A DNA stretch of 64,000 bases, from the IMG/VR virus record IMGVR_UViG_3300037346_000623, positions 53,266 through 117,265 of that record. One strand, given 5' to 3'. A model generated the notes under the pieces. The model saw only the letters and a list, made by a program, of their open reading frames with translations. It did not search any database and was not told the DNA's origin. The stretch comes from a virus. Numbering within the stretch: the first letter of the stretch is position 1; each line of letters begins with the position of its first letter. The position numbers and the translations under genes are program-made. Positions 49,825-60,714 of this stretch are shown here, in pieces.

Positions 49825-50277
49825 CTATTTACATATGGAATCTGCAATAGATATGGACCAGTTAGATGCACTTTTATATCTAGCCTTTAGTCCCATCCCC
49901 TCTATTAAGCCGACTGCGGATCTTAGAAGCGTGTTTGATTGGTGTCTTGGATCAGGATTAAGATCAATGTCAATAAAGTCTGGGGTCTTCCCACAATTCT
50001 CCATTATCCAATGTGCTGTTTCAACACTTAATTCGATCTCTTTCCACAATCTTTCATACCTAGCTTGGATTCTAGGTACAATCATCTTGTTATAAAGCAC
50101 GTGTCCACCCTTATTCGGTTGATGTAATACAATAACCGTAGCGAATGTAGTGGTGCCGTTATGATTCTGTGAATCACACCCTATATAGATCTTGTCTTCA
50201 GAGTTGTTTGCCATCCAATCATCTAAGTAGCTAGATAGGTCGATGGTCTTTTTCGTCGTTAGGCTTTTCCATTCCAT
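49825..50277 (-). CDS. RNase H-like YkuK family protein
   Basis: IGCDSQ, F.TVI..H...GG, RL..E...S, IDID.N, AD. Confidence 0.85.
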   Translation of the reverse strand: MEWKSLTTKKTIDLSSYLDDWMANNSEDKIYIGCDSQNHNGTTTFATVIVLHQPNKGGHVLYNKMIVPRIQARYERLWKEIELSVETAHWIMENCGKTPDFIDIDLNPDPRHQSNTLLRSAVGLIEGMGLKARYKSASNWSISIADSICK

Positions 50278-50383
50278 GGTTAAAAATATTTATTGTTTTA
50301 TTTAAGCTATATATTGATCTTTTGTTTCCTTATACAATAAAGATTTTATATTTATTGATATATAATTAAAATAATTTAATTAT

Positions 50384-50956
50384 ATGGACCCAAGAGTATT
50401 AAATCTCAGCGCATTTGGCGAGGTTATTAAAAACCCAAAAGATGTAAAACAAGTTGATGTTGAAGAACCACAAAGAGCATTGCCACCGCCTAGTAGATTT
50501 CCAACCCCTGCAGATTTTAGCGATCTGCCTTTTGTTAAGAATTCAAAAAAAGAAGATGACGAGGTTGTAACCAAATATGGTAGAGTAACCCAGATGGTTC
50601 TTCAGAATATGGCGCAAACAAAATTGCTACATTGGCAGTCTATGTTATACGGTCAGCACAAAGCACTTAATGGCCTTTTCGACAGTATTATAGAAATAGG
50701 TGATACTCTTATTGAAACACTAATGGGTAAATACGGGAGACCTGTATTAACCGGCGAGGAGCTTACTATAAAGCTTTATAATTTCGCGAATGCTAAGGAT
50801 GGGGATCTTTCGGGGTTTATCGACGATCTGTATAAATGCTATAGAGACGAATGTAGAGCATGTTTTGATTCTGATTCAGATAGCGAATTAATCAATATAA
50901 TTGATGAAATGCTAGCTGCTGTGGATCAAACTAAATATTTAATATCATTAAGATAA
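50384..50956 (+). CDS. Ferritin/Dps-like four-helix protein
   Basis: LHWQ....H.AL...D..IE..MG.YGR...NI.DEM......KYL. Confidence 0.7.
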   Translation: MDPRVLNLSAFGEVIKNPKDVKQVDVEEPQRALPPPSRFPTPADFSDLPFVKNSKKEDDEVVTKYGRVTQMVLQNMAQTKLLHWQSMLYGQHKALNGLFDSIIEIGDTLIETLMGKYGRPVLTGEELTIKLYNFANAKDGDLSGFIDDLYKCYRDECRACFDSDSDSELINIIDEMLAAVDQTKYLISLR

Positions 50957-50957
50957 T

Positions 50958-51695
50958 CTAGTAGACATTCGATTTTGTTCGATTTTTTACTATTATTATA
51001 GTATGACATGCAAATAGCTCATATTTCCACATTCTTGATTTGGTTTCATATTGCTTAGATATTATAATCATTGTGCTACAACCAAACTTCCAGTTTCCAT
51101 ATCTATGTATTGAACTTTTGTGTGCTGGTGAATCTAGGTATCCATTTAAAAAGTTATCCTCTCTTGACTGGTCCTCGTTTTTTCTCATAATATTCGAATA
51201 TCTCTCAATGATATCTGCATCTGATATGTCACCATTTTCTGATTTGTATGAATAAGAATCGTGAATAAATAATTCAGAATTCCAAATAAGATTATTTCTC
51301 TTTAATATGGGGAGATTGTCTTTATCCTGAAATATGCATCCCTTAGGTTCTTTAAATATTGAAGGATCCCCATAATATCTTCTATGTGCAATTTCACCAT
51401 CAGGTAACTTATCTAATAGATATTTAAAGGAGTATTGTTTAGACGATTCCTTAAATACCAATACTGAATATTCGCTCCTCCCTGAAGCAACTGTATCTAA
51501 GACCGGATCCCTCTCTATGATTCTCTTTTCCCCTGTTGTTTTATAAAAATAATTAGCCACATATTTTTTATAATGTTTACTAAAATGATTATCCATCTTC
51601 TCAGATAGATATATTCTTGAATATACTTTTTTATTGTTTTGTGATACAGAGGAAAGTGTAATAAATATACCCAGTAATAATAATAATTTTTTCAT
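50958..51695 (-). CDS. Signal-peptide protein with CAP/SCP-like features
   Basis: MKKLLLLLGIFITLSSVSQ, L...A..R, YLDSPAH. Confidence 0.55.
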   Translation of the reverse strand: MKKLLLLLGIFITLSSVSQNNKKVYSRIYLSEKMDNHFSKHYKKYVANYFYKTTGEKRIIERDPVLDTVASGRSEYSVLVFKESSKQYSFKYLLDKLPDGEIAHRRYYGDPSIFKEPKGCIFQDKDNLPILKRNNLIWNSELFIHDSYSYKSENGDISDADIIERYSNIMRKNEDQSREDNFLNGYLDSPAHKSSIHRYGNWKFGCSTMIIISKQYETKSRMWKYELFACHTIIIVKNRTKSNVY

Positions 51696-51749
51696 GTTGT
51701 TTGTTTTTAATAATGCAAGATTAATAAATTATTTCGGAATAAAAAAATT

Positions 51750-52304
51750 CTAGCTTATTATTTCGTAAATTTTTTCATGTATACATCCAATTTTTCCAGT
51801 ATACAGTGAAATTATTCCAAATATAAGTCCTATTATATGCATACTGTGTGATATTGTATCATCTTGAAATGTACATATAAATTCAATGTATAGTATAAGA
51901 GATGTCAGAACATATCCTAGCCACTTAAATCTATTAACTGAACATATTGATCTAGCTAATAGAAAGTAACAGGTCCCTGATATTCCTATTGCCGCGAATT
52001 CATTGTTTATTATTATTACAGGAAGGTGTAATATTGATATAAGAGAGGTTATCCAAAATATTTTCTCGAATGTATAAAACCTATTTATTTTTACATTCAG
52101 GCATAGAAAAATAATAAGAAGATTGTTCAGTAGATGTTCTATATTAGAATGAAGTAATCCGCTAATAAATGGATTTATTGAAAAGTAGTAAGAATAAGTA
52201 TCACCAATAAATAAATCTGTAATTATATACAGCAATATTGAAGCTATACACATTGCTGCTACCTGCATTGTTGTTATGGATGAGAATTTCATTTGGTCCA
52301 TCAT
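51750..52304 (-). CDS. Rhomboid-family intramembrane protease
   Basis: H....HLLNN, GISG, ISH..HI.G...G. Confidence 0.75.
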   Translation of the reverse strand: MMDQMKFSSITTMQVAAMCIASILLYIITDLFIGDTYSYYFSINPFISGLLHSNIEHLLNNLLIIFLCLNVKINRFYTFEKIFWITSLISILHLPVIIINNEFAAIGISGTCYFLLARSICSVNRFKWLGYVLTSLILYIEFICTFQDDTISHSMHIIGLIFGIISLYTGKIGCIHEKIYEIIS

Positions 52305-52389
52305 ATCTTTATTTTTTGTAAAGATAAATAAAAAATACGAAATAAAAAAATAATGGGGATCGATATTAAAAATTGATCACCATTATTTT

Positions 52390-52632
52390 TTAATGGATCT
52401 TATCATCCAGTCTTTTTATGAATAAATCAGGATCGACTTCAGAATGCTCAGATATGCTTATTCTTATAGTTGCAACATCCCTTTCATATTCAACCTCACA
52501 TTCACATTTATGCCTGTATTCATTATGAAATTCGCTAAATAGTTCAACTACCTCCTGATTGTATCCCTTTACACTAAATTCTCTAATATGCCTAGCATCC
52601 CTATTATATCTAGCCGTTAATACTATTGACAT
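52390..52632 (-). CDS. Hypothetical protein (start MSIVLTARY)
   Basis: Divergent from the neighbouring gene across the GATATATATATC box. Confidence 0.65.
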   Translation of the reverse strand: MSIVLTARYNRDARHIREFSVKGYNQEVVELFSEFHNEYRHKCECEVEYERDVATIRISISEHSEVDPDLFIKRLDDKIH

Positions 52633-52684
52633 ATTATTATTATTATTTTTGGATATATATATCAAAATAATAATACATACAAAT

Positions 52685-53377
52685 ATGGAAAATTTAATAG
52701 AATTTTCTAATTTCCACCATGAAGGTATAAATGAGTCATTAGGAGGAGGAAGGGATAACACCAAGGAAGGCGGAGTAAAAAATTTCAACTATTCAAGGAT
52801 AGCGGTGCTTGACGGTACATTATTTAAACTCAGTAAAGATGAGATAGACACTGATAATAATCAATTTAAAAGAGCTGTTGAAATTCTTAAACCTATGAAT
52901 GACTCAGCTATTGTTATTACTGGATCAGCTTCTGCAGTTGGAAATGATAAGGGATATAATAACAAAAAATTAGCAGAAAATAGGGCAAAAAATTTTGTTG
53001 CTGCACTAAAGTCCGCGGGAGTTAATACTTCCAAATATATTACCAACTCTGTTGTTGGTAAAGCTACTGTACCTAATAGTCCAGCAGCAAATAGCGAGCA
53101 AAACGTTTCCTTTAAAATTAAAAAAAATGGTAGTACAGTTAGATTTGAATTAGAAAGAGATAATACTTCGGTAGTTATTACTAAGTTGGATAAGATTAAA
53201 AATATAGCTCCGCCCATAATAGAAGGTGGAGATTATGAATATATGGTTTATAAGATAACCTACAAAAAAGGGAATGCATCACAGGTCGCTGCAAAAATAT
53301 CACAAGCAACCAAGGATAGTGGGGCATACGTAAGAAACATAACAAAAGAATATACAAATCTAATAAACAAAAAATAA
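52685..53377 (+). CDS. OmpA-like domain protein (start MENLIEFSNF)
   Basis: F.L...I.GSAS..G...YN.KLA..RA. Confidence 0.65.
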   Translation: MENLIEFSNFHHEGINESLGGGRDNTKEGGVKNFNYSRIAVLDGTLFKLSKDEIDTDNNQFKRAVEILKPMNDSAIVITGSASAVGNDKGYNNKKLAENRAKNFVAALKSAGVNTSKYITNSVVGKATVPNSPAANSEQNVSFKIKKNGSTVRFELERDNTSVVITKLDKIKNIAPPIIEGGDYEYMVYKITYKKGNASQVAAKISQATKDSGAYVRNITKEYTNLINKK

Positions 53378-53388
53378 GCTAATATAAA

Positions 53389-53655
53389 TTAGCTTATTTT
53401 TTTGAGTCTTATCTTTACGTCAGACTTACCTTTTATTAGTCTGTGCCATACTCCTTTTTTTATTTCTATTTTACCGCTCAGTTTAATTGGTAATCTATTA
53501 TCAAACTGGAACATCCAATCTGTTTCGTGCATTGCTTCTATTATTCGATCCTCCCCATCCCAGTGCCATTTAAGTTCTTCGCTATCTAATGATTCTTTAA
53601 ATGTACGAATAAATTCATTATCTGATACTAATATCTCATCATATGGTACTACCAT
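53389..53655 (-). CDS. Small cupin-like phage protein
   Basis: WH.D.EDR, W.FQ.DN.LP, WHRLIKG. Confidence 0.75.
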   Translation of the reverse strand: MVVPYDEILVSDNEFIRTFKESLDSEELKWHWDGEDRIIEAMHETDWMFQFDNRLPIKLSGKIEIKKGVWHRLIKGKSDVKIRLKKIS

Positions 53656-54227
53656 GGGCTATTTGATTTAATTCCCAATAATTTTCTATATCTTGCAACG
53701 TTGCATGCCCACCATCTTGGTTTCCATCTTGGTCCTGGATTATCACATCTCATTCTTGCTCTGAATGATGCAGCTTTACTCGGATCATTATTATTTACTC
53801 TCATTCCTGGTTGGCCAAATCTAACCTGAACAACCTTCCCGCTTTCATTTTTGGTATAAACAGCAAATTTTCTAGGTCCACCTGGGGTTCTCCTTGGTTT
53901 ATTCAACTGTACTTTTTTACCTTGGTATTCTGCCTCGTCAAGCTCATCCCAAATCATATACGGAACGTCAAGCATTACCCTCTCTTCCTCGTAGATATCA
54001 TAGGATCCTGTATCAGTACCTATTAGAAAGATATCATCATCTTCCAGATCTATCATATTTCTCTCCCACATTTCCCTTGCCTCGTTAACTAGATTAAGCC
54101 AGGCGTCGGATTCTATCCTATATACGCTTTCCATTAATGGTATGCACTCATTAAGGTGGTATCTAAGCCCCTCGCTTATTTCTGAAAAATTATTTGTTTG
54201 TGATTCGAATGTTTTTATGTATTTCAT
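53649..54227 (-). CDS. Conserved-looking phage protein (AEYQG..V.LNKP.R...KF.VY...SFRAR..C)
   Basis: 192 aa ORF with capsid-targeting-like N-terminus. Confidence 0.8.
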   Translation of the reverse strand: MKYIKTFESQTNNFSEISEGLRYHLNECIPLMESVYRIESDAWLNLVNEAREMWERNMIDLEDDDIFLIGTDTGSYDIYEEERVMLDVPYMIWDELDEAEYQGKKVQLNKPRRTPGGPRKFAVYTKNESGKVVQVRFGQPGMRVNNNDPSKAASFRARMRCDNPGPRWKPRWWACNVARYRKLLGIKSNSPW

Positions 54228-54233
54228 CTGCTA

Positions 54234-54863
54234 TTAATTTAGATATTGCTCAGCGTACTGATATATGTATTTATTATATTTTTTCAATACATCATCACCG
54301 ACAACTTTCTTTATATCATTGTAAAGGTGATTGGTTTTTAAAAGCTCCTTTAATTGTGACATCTGTCTAATTCTTTGGTGTGAAAGCATAATTTCAACTA
54401 TTGATTGGGAGAACGCCATAATCTCATCCTTGTTCGAAAAGTACTTAGCTCTATCATTAGCATCAGGCAATGTATATTCAACATTGGCTCTTCTTTCCCA
54501 TTGGCCCTTATGTATGCTCTCGTGTTGTATCATATGGGATATAAATCCAAGCTCTCTGAAGCCTATTCCTGGTATGCTTAATACTATTGTTACGTTATTC
54601 TCATCGTCAATATAGCCGAAAAGAGGTGTATTTCGAGGAGGAGCAGTATGTTTTAAATTATCTGGTAATGATCTATAAAACTCATCATATCCCTTGAATT
54701 TAACATCATGATTCCATGCTATCATATTTGCTTGATCTATTGATATTGGTCTTTGAGCACATGCTTCAGTAAGTTCCCTCATAAGCTCGCTATAATCTAT
54801 TGGCATTATAACTGCCTCATTAACAGATATTATATAATCTTTGAATTCTTTTATATTATACAT
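54234..54863 (-). CDS. HExxH metallopeptidase-like protein
   Basis: HESIH..Q, YF...DEIMA. Confidence 0.6.
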   Translation of the reverse strand: MYNIKEFKDYIISVNEAVIMPIDYSELMRELTEACAQRPISIDQANMIAWNHDVKFKGYDEFYRSLPDNLKHTAPPRNTPLFGYIDDENNVTIVLSIPGIGFRELGFISHMIQHESIHKGQWERRANVEYTLPDANDRAKYFSNKDEIMAFSQSIVEIMLSHQRIRQMSQLKELLKTNHLYNDIKKVVGDDVLKKYNKYIYQYAEQYLN

Positions 54864-54973
54864 TGAGTGATTTAATTTTATCTATATATCAAAAAAATCA
54901 ATTTTTATTTTTTTATCACGCACGTATTCGGTATCTTTGCATAAAATTAATAAATAAACTATAAATTAAAAAA

Positions 54974-55876
54974 ATGAGACAAATTAAAGTTAACAAGGAG
55001 GCTTTTACTCCACGGACAACGAAAGCTTCATCGTTATATTTAAACGAGGTTGATAAAACTAAAGTAATGGATCCACAGAAGGAATCAGAGATAGCATTTC
55101 TAGCATTCAATGGAGACGAGGAAGCAAGATTAAAATTAATAAATGCAAATCTAAGATTTGTATTGACAGTAGCCAAGAATTATGCTAAAAATCCGGATGA
55201 TTTTGCTGAGATTGTTGCTGTAGGTAATGTTGGCCTGGTTGAAGCTGCATCGCTTTTTGATCCTAGTCGGGGATTCAGATTTATATCATTCGCAGTTTGG
55301 CACATAAGAAAACAGATATTAGCACATCTTAGTGATAATGGTAGAACTGTTAGAATACCATTAAATCAAGTAAACACACTGAAAGCTATGAGGGACGCAT
55401 CAAATATAATATCCATGAGAGAGGGGAGAAATGCAACCTTTGATGAAACATTAGAGGAGATCAAGAAACTTGATAAGTTTACGAGATTGAGAACTGATAT
55501 AATACATAATGCCATAGGTGCTGATTCAAGACCATCGTCATTCGATACACCATTGGGTGACGAATCTGGGAGCTCTACATTGATTGACATTATGGACTCT
55601 GGTGAATATTATAGTGACAATGAAACAAATATAAATCAAAAAAATTCAATATTACTAAAATTAACGGAGGTTCTTGACTCTTACGAAACCGAGATAATAT
55701 TGAGAAGACATGGGATATCGCCATATGACAGAAGTGAAGAAAACTATTCCCAAATATCTATTAATATTGGAATGGGTCTAACCGGTGAATCTGTTAGAAT
55801 AAAATATATGAAGGGAATAAAGAAGATGAGCAAATATGCAGAAAGACTTAACTATAAACTAACTGATATTTTCTAA
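54974..55876 (+). CDS. Sigma-70 (RpoD/SigA-like) factor
   Basis: LINANLRFV..VAK.Y, GN.GL..AA..FDP.RGFRFISFAVW.IR, R.VRIP.N, T.E.VR. Confidence 0.93.
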   Translation: MRQIKVNKEAFTPRTTKASSLYLNEVDKTKVMDPQKESEIAFLAFNGDEEARLKLINANLRFVLTVAKNYAKNPDDFAEIVAVGNVGLVEAASLFDPSRGFRFISFAVWHIRKQILAHLSDNGRTVRIPLNQVNTLKAMRDASNIISMREGRNATFDETLEEIKKLDKFTRLRTDIIHNAIGADSRPSSFDTPLGDESGSSTLIDIMDSGEYYSDNETNINQKNSILLKLTEVLDSYETEIILRRHGISPYDRSEENYSQISINIGMGLTGESVRIKYMKGIKKMSKYAERLNYKLTDIF

Positions 55877-55879
55877 TAA

Positions 55880-56280
55880 ATGGGGGGGGAGATATCATAT
55901 ATATTAATGACCTCGTCAGGTTCATACGATGACTATAGGACACACATACTTGGAGTATATTCAGGGAAAGAACTAGCGGAGGAAGGGAAGATTAAATATA
56001 CAGAAGCACTTAATAAATTTTTCGATATAAATCAGTGTCCTGTAGATGAAAAGACACGTGAAAAAATAGAATCCTATGAGATAAAGATAGACGCGAATGG
56101 TGAAAATACACAGATAGATTTGTATCATGATTGGTACTTTAGAACTATAGGTGTTTTTGAGATGTCTAGAGACACATGGATAATCGAGAAAATGACGGAT
56201 CAAATAGATCTTAAAGTAATTGACGATAAATCCATAGGTATTAAAAAAAAAGCAGATCGTAAGATCTGCTTTTTTTTATT
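55880..56280 (+). CDS. Hypothetical protein (3' end uncertain; frame runs through a terminator)
   Basis: SGSYDDY....GVY motif. Confidence 0.55.
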
Positions 56281-56283
56281 TTT

Positions 56284-57390
56284 TTATTTTTTTACTGGTA
56301 TATTGACCTTACCCGTTACCTTGTCCATTGTTGGTATAATACAATCTGTTTTTATATTGAATACGGTATCATCAAGAGGAGCGAATACCATAAGTTTTAT
56401 AGCCTGATTATAATAGGGTTTCTTAACTATTGATATTTTATAGTCTGGATCTCCACTAACGTCTCCCTTCTGTACTATTCTAAAATTTCCTTTTTCGTCT
56501 AATATCTTTGTTTTTATTATCTCTTCTATTTTATCTGCAGGTATACCAATTTCTGCTAATTTTGTTCTCATACCCTTAAGTATTTTATCCTTAATAGTAT
56601 TAAGTGAGCTCACAAAATTATCTGGTGATTCAGACTCTCTTTTTCTTGTTCTTACTCCAAGGAAAGGTGTTACGTAAAAATTATCGGGACCTTGATAAAC
56701 AACAAAACAGTCAGGAATTGCTAGTGGATCGAGATTTAGATTTATTATAGTATTTGGTGAAGCATATAATCCTATCTCGTCTTCAGAATAGTAACCAACA
56801 TAACCATTATTTTCATTACCTTGCTTACCTTTCTTACTTATACCCTTTGCACAAGTTATCAATTCTCTATATTTCTCACCTGTAAATAGAAGTTCTGCCT
56901 CTATATACTGGAACGTTTCCTCCTTGCCCTGATCTGTGAGAAGTGTATTTTTGAATATGAAATTTTTACTGAATCCCGTTTTTTGCTCTTCTGTTTCTAC
57001 ACCAAGCATTTCCATAACCAATTTCTTAATTGTATCAAGTCTAGCTCTGCATAACTGTGCATTATCGGATTTATCCCCTGCCAATCTTTTATATCCATCC
57101 TTGGAAAGTTGTGTTCTTAATCCTGGTGTTACCTGAATAGTTGAAGTTGATGCTGTTAATGATATTGTTGTTATACCCTTGTATATACTACCATCTATAA
57201 GCTTTGATATTATATTTAGAGCAACATCATTTTTAAGCTTCAATAGATCCTCAGGTTTTAGATTTTCCAATTTATATTGGCCAAGAGGAAATTGGAATCT
57301 AGCTTTATCGACGCCTCCTGTAACCTTTTCGTGTTCTTCTGGCTCCTCTCCCTCGTTTAGGAAGGTTAGAAAATTTTTTATCCTATTCAT
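56284..57390 (-). CDS. Hypothetical protein, divergent OmpA-like region, capsid-targeting-like N-terminus
   Basis: MNRIKNFLTFLNE; ASTS...N..L...R. Confidence 0.7.
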   Translation of the reverse strand: MNRIKNFLTFLNEGEEPEEHEKVTGGVDKARFQFPLGQYKLENLKPEDLLKLKNDVALNIISKLIDGSIYKGITTISLTASTSTIQVTPGLRTQLSKDGYKRLAGDKSDNAQLCRARLDTIKKLVMEMLGVETEEQKTGFSKNFIFKNTLLTDQGKEETFQYIEAELLFTGEKYRELITCAKGISKKGKQGNENNGYVGYYSEDEIGLYASPNTIINLNLDPLAIPDCFVVYQGPDNFYVTPFLGVRTRKRESESPDNFVSSLNTIKDKILKGMRTKLAEIGIPADKIEEIIKTKILDEKGNFRIVQKGDVSGDPDYKISIVKKPYYNQAIKLMVFAPLDDTVFNIKTDCIIPTMDKVTGKVNIPVKK

Positions 57391-57453
57391 TATTTAGATT
57401 TTATTTATTTATGTATCTAAATAAAAAATAAAAAAAAGAGCCATTGGCTCTTT

Positions 57454-58140
57454 TTACATTGTTAGTAGGAGGGAATAGTCCTCGTGATCATCTGGGTTTA
57501 TTACTAAATCATCGGGTTCCAATTTCATGATCCCTTTTATTGGTTCGGTGAACCATTCTTCATAAACATCGTCCCATGCGGGGGTTTCAATATATCTGGC
57601 GGTAACTTTTGAAACTTTATGTTCCGTTATATTGCACTTCCTCGCCGATCCTGTCATATCAAAAATATATTCTATATACGAATCCGCATCCGTTGATTTT
57701 TTTGTTGGGAAAATATCACGCATGTTGAGATTATTCCTTTTCAGCTCTATCTCCCCATAATTGACATAGTTAGTTTCGTCTTTTATATGCCAGTAACTTG
57801 GGTTTGAAAATTCAATATAAGATATATCCTTATTATCACATAGACCATATCCAGTAATTATAAGTATATTGCATATTTCCTTTTTCTTGTTATAAAAATA
57901 TTGGGTTTGTTGAAATATACCTCTCCCTACACTTGCAGCTTCAGAAATTCCAGGTTTCTTTTTTGCTATATGCGGAGGAAGAACGATAAGGAATTCACAG
58001 TCGTCCATAACAGAATTGGTATATGATCCTCCTGAGAACTCCTTTAAATCTACGTCAAATTTTAAAATATATTTATGAATCTTATCTGCAGTCTCCTTGG
58101 CTACGGCATTGCTCTTCGAAAAATATATCTTATTTTTCAT
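57454..58140 (-). CDS. Hypothetical protein (start MKNKIYFS)
   Basis: ORF followed by a terminator. Confidence 0.7.
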   Translation of the reverse strand: MKNKIYFSKSNAVAKETADKIHKYILKFDVDLKEFSGGSYTNSVMDDCEFLIVLPPHIAKKKPGISEAASVGRGIFQQTQYFYNKKKEICNILIITGYGLCDNKDISYIEFSNPSYWHIKDETNYVNYGEIELKRNNLNMRDIFPTKKSTDADSYIEYIFDMTGSARKCNITEHKVSKVTARYIETPAWDDVYEEWFTEPIKGIMKLEPDDLVINPDDHEDYSLLLTM

Positions 58141-58492
58141 TCGATCCGAACCATTCGTCAACAATTGCTTGTGCTGCTTTCAATTCAATCTCTTTCAAAT
58201 TCAATTTAAGCTTCGTTCTATGTAAGGAACTAACCCAAGAAGCAGCATCAAAATCATCACCACCAGGTTTTAATCAGTAGCTGTTATTTGGAGCAAGATC
58301 AGTAAGCTTAGAAATCTCCATCTCAAGTGCAAGCTTCTCTGTTTCTACTTTCTGTACTAAAGCGTTTGCTGCGATAGATGCACCCTTTGATAATAGGGTT
58401 GCTCTTGTTTCCTTGATTGATGCATCAGATGCACTTAAATTCGTAATGAATTTGTTTTTAGCTGGCTTTTCGCCCCTTGTTAGATTTTCCAT
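58130..58492 (-). pseudogene. 120-codon gene split by an in-frame TGA
   Basis: ...APNNSY*LKPGGDDFDAASWV...EWFGSNEK; the extended frame ends overlapping the next ATG. Confidence 0.7.
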
Positions 58493-58591
58493 TTTTTTAA
58501 TTGTTTATTAATAATTAGATTGCAAATATATCATAATATCGCGGAATGAAAAAATAAAAGCATAAAAAAATCCATCGGGAGATGGATTTTT

Positions 58592-58906
58592 TTATTTTCT
58601 AAATTTAGAAGGGAATAACATTCTGAGCTCATGACCCTGTGGAATGTCCTTGGTTCTTATACCGAAAACTTTCTTTTCCGGACATGGATCCTTTCCGTCC
58701 ATTTTAAATCCATTATTACATGCCCATGTCTCAATAGATCGTGTGTATTGCTGACCTACACTGAAAGGGAAGTTTACCCCTGATTTATTATCAATCGTGT
58801 CTATACGGCCGCCTAATAAGGTGATATTAATATCTCGGTTTTGTCTGGATGCCAGTATGATTTTTTTCTCCTGTGAGAATGCCTCAAATAATAGTAGGTT
58901 TTTCAT
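58592..58906 (-). CDS. Hypothetical protein with capsid-targeting-like N-terminus
   Basis: MKNLLLFEAF; late box at 58911. Confidence 0.75.
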   Translation of the reverse strand: MKNLLLFEAFSQEKKIILASRQNRDINITLLGGRIDTIDNKSGVNFPFSVGQQYTRSIETWACNNGFKMDGKDPCPEKKVFGIRTKDIPQGHELRMLFPSKFRK

Positions 58907-59074
58907 TATGTATATATCTGACCAATTTTTTTATATTATTATATTTTTCATATATATTTTTAATAACCTACTAACATGTACATAAGGGGATAATATTCAT
59001 CCATTTAGGCTCTGATGTTTCATTGATTATTGTTATAATTTCCTCTATATTTATGGCCGATGTCATTGATTGGA

Positions 59075-59341
59075 TCAAGGTAAAATAGTTATCCAATTTT
59101 TTGTACCTCCTATTAATTCTATCAGTACTCTGTATTTTATATCACAAGCCCATCCTTGAAACTCCCTATCTATGGATGTCCATTTGTCCCTTCCTGAAAA
59201 GATGCCATATATTAGAAAATATGTTGCACCCTCGAAGGAAACCGTATATTGGTTGTCATGAACAAATCTGATCGGTCCGCCACCTAATATCTCCCAAGTA
59301 TCAAACGGATCAAAAGACTCATCATATACAAAGGATATCAT
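59075..59341 (-). CDS. Hypothetical protein
   Basis: ATGA-coupled to the upstream gene. Confidence 0.6.
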   Translation of the reverse strand: MISFVYDESFDPFDTWEILGGGPIRFVHDNQYTVSFEGATYFLIYGIFSGRDKWTSIDREFQGWACDIKYRVLIELIGGTKNWITILP

Positions 59342-59580
59342 CTTATTTTCTCCCATTTTACTGAAAATTTTCTAAGCTCCTCTATATCTTGTTCAGTTAT
59401 TCCTATTCTTTGGTCCGTCTGTATATCACCAAATATGACAAATTTACCGACACCGACAATGCTATCCAGGGTATCAATCTGATACTCTTCCCCGTCAATA
59501 TAACGGTATAAGTACCTATTGCTTCTCCGTGGCATCCCTTTTATCCAAGTGAATTTAAACCCTATTTTATCTTCACCCAT
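59338..59580 (-). CDS. Hypothetical protein
   Basis: Operon of three small overlapping ORFs. Confidence 0.6.
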   Translation of the reverse strand: MGEDKIGFKFTWIKGMPRRSNRYLYRYIDGEEYQIDTLDSIVGVGKFVIFGDIQTDQRIGITEQDIEELRKFSVKWEKIR

Positions 59581-59915
59581 TCAACAATGCTCTTTTTGAT
59601 TATAGCAACCAGATCTCCGCCTTTATTATCATGTCTATCAATACTGGTAATATATCGGGAATAAATCCTATCGATTTGTCCGGTTATTCTGTTTATACCA
59701 ATGTACGAATTCCCAGTGATTTCTATTCTTGATAATTTATCCAATGTACCATCAGCATCCATTCTATATACCCCTGTAGGAAACGGCATTTTCAACTTTG
59801 GAGTCTCCTCGTACTTCACCACATACTCCTCTCCGTCCACAAGGAAGTTTCCAACACAGGGACCAATGCCCATTAGGTTGCTATATACAAATTTTATTGT
59901 TCGATAATTCGGCAT
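59562..59915 (-). CDS. Hypothetical protein
   Basis: First gene after the promoter box at 59941. Confidence 0.6.
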   Translation of the reverse strand: MPNYRTIKFVYSNLMGIGPCVGNFLVDGEEYVVKYEETPKLKMPFPTGVYRMDADGTLDKLSRIEITGNSYIGINRITGQIDRIYSRYITSIDRHDNKGGDLVAIIKKSIVEWVKIK

Positions 59916-60005
59916 GTGTTTCCTGCATCTTCATTAAAATGCAAATATATTAAAATCCCACGGAGAGATCCAGATAAACAAAAAAAAATTCACCTTATTT
60001 TTTTA

Positions 60006-60332
60006 TCAATTATAAAAATGATTATTATTTTGTAAAAATGTAATTAATTCTTCTGCTGACCTGCAATCATCAATAAATGAAAAAACATGATTAGATTCTA
60101 ATACCCTCCATTCGTTATTAGCATTAGTTACTAAACTTCCATATTTTCTATGCAACCACTTTTCAATTTTAAGATAGTTATTACTCTTATATACCCTGGA
60201 TAATGTTATCACATTAGGGTTACCTGTCTGTAACTGCTTTATTCTTTTTGCAGTATCACCTTTAGTAACTCCAATCTTATAACTTTCATTATTACTTCTG
60301 TCAATCTCAAGCAGCAAATAAACATATCCCAT
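60006..60332 (-). CDS. GIY-YIG / T5orf172-like nuclease domain protein
   Basis: GYVYLL, YKIG.T, RIKQLQTGNP, E..LH, EW. Confidence 0.85.
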   Translation of the reverse strand: MGYVYLLLEIDRSNNESYKIGVTKGDTAKRIKQLQTGNPNVITLSRVYKSNNYLKIEKWLHRKYGSLVTNANNEWRVLESNHVFSFIDDCRSAEELITFLQNNNHFYN

Positions 60333-60714
60333 GGTATTTTATGTAAAATAATTTGATTTATATATCCATGTTTTCATAAATAGCCCCATTACATACAACA
60401 TAAAAAACCACAGACTACACTCCATCATTTAAAAGCCTGCTCCAACTATCATTTTTTATAGGTAACAAAGGCGAAGGCGCTTGAAGCCCAATTTTTTGTT
60501 AATTTTCTAGGGCCCGGGGCCTGGCACCAGTTTACAAAGAACCCCAGAAATCTAAGAATGACTCCATACCATAAGAAAAAAAACATCCTCAAGAGATGCA
60601 ACCTATAATTAAGATGCATACGCACTCAAAACCACCAGTTAACCAATAAAATAAAAAAGATGATCACTAGGACCATCTTCTAAGTGTGAGATGCAGAGTT
60701 AGTAACAATTAGAT

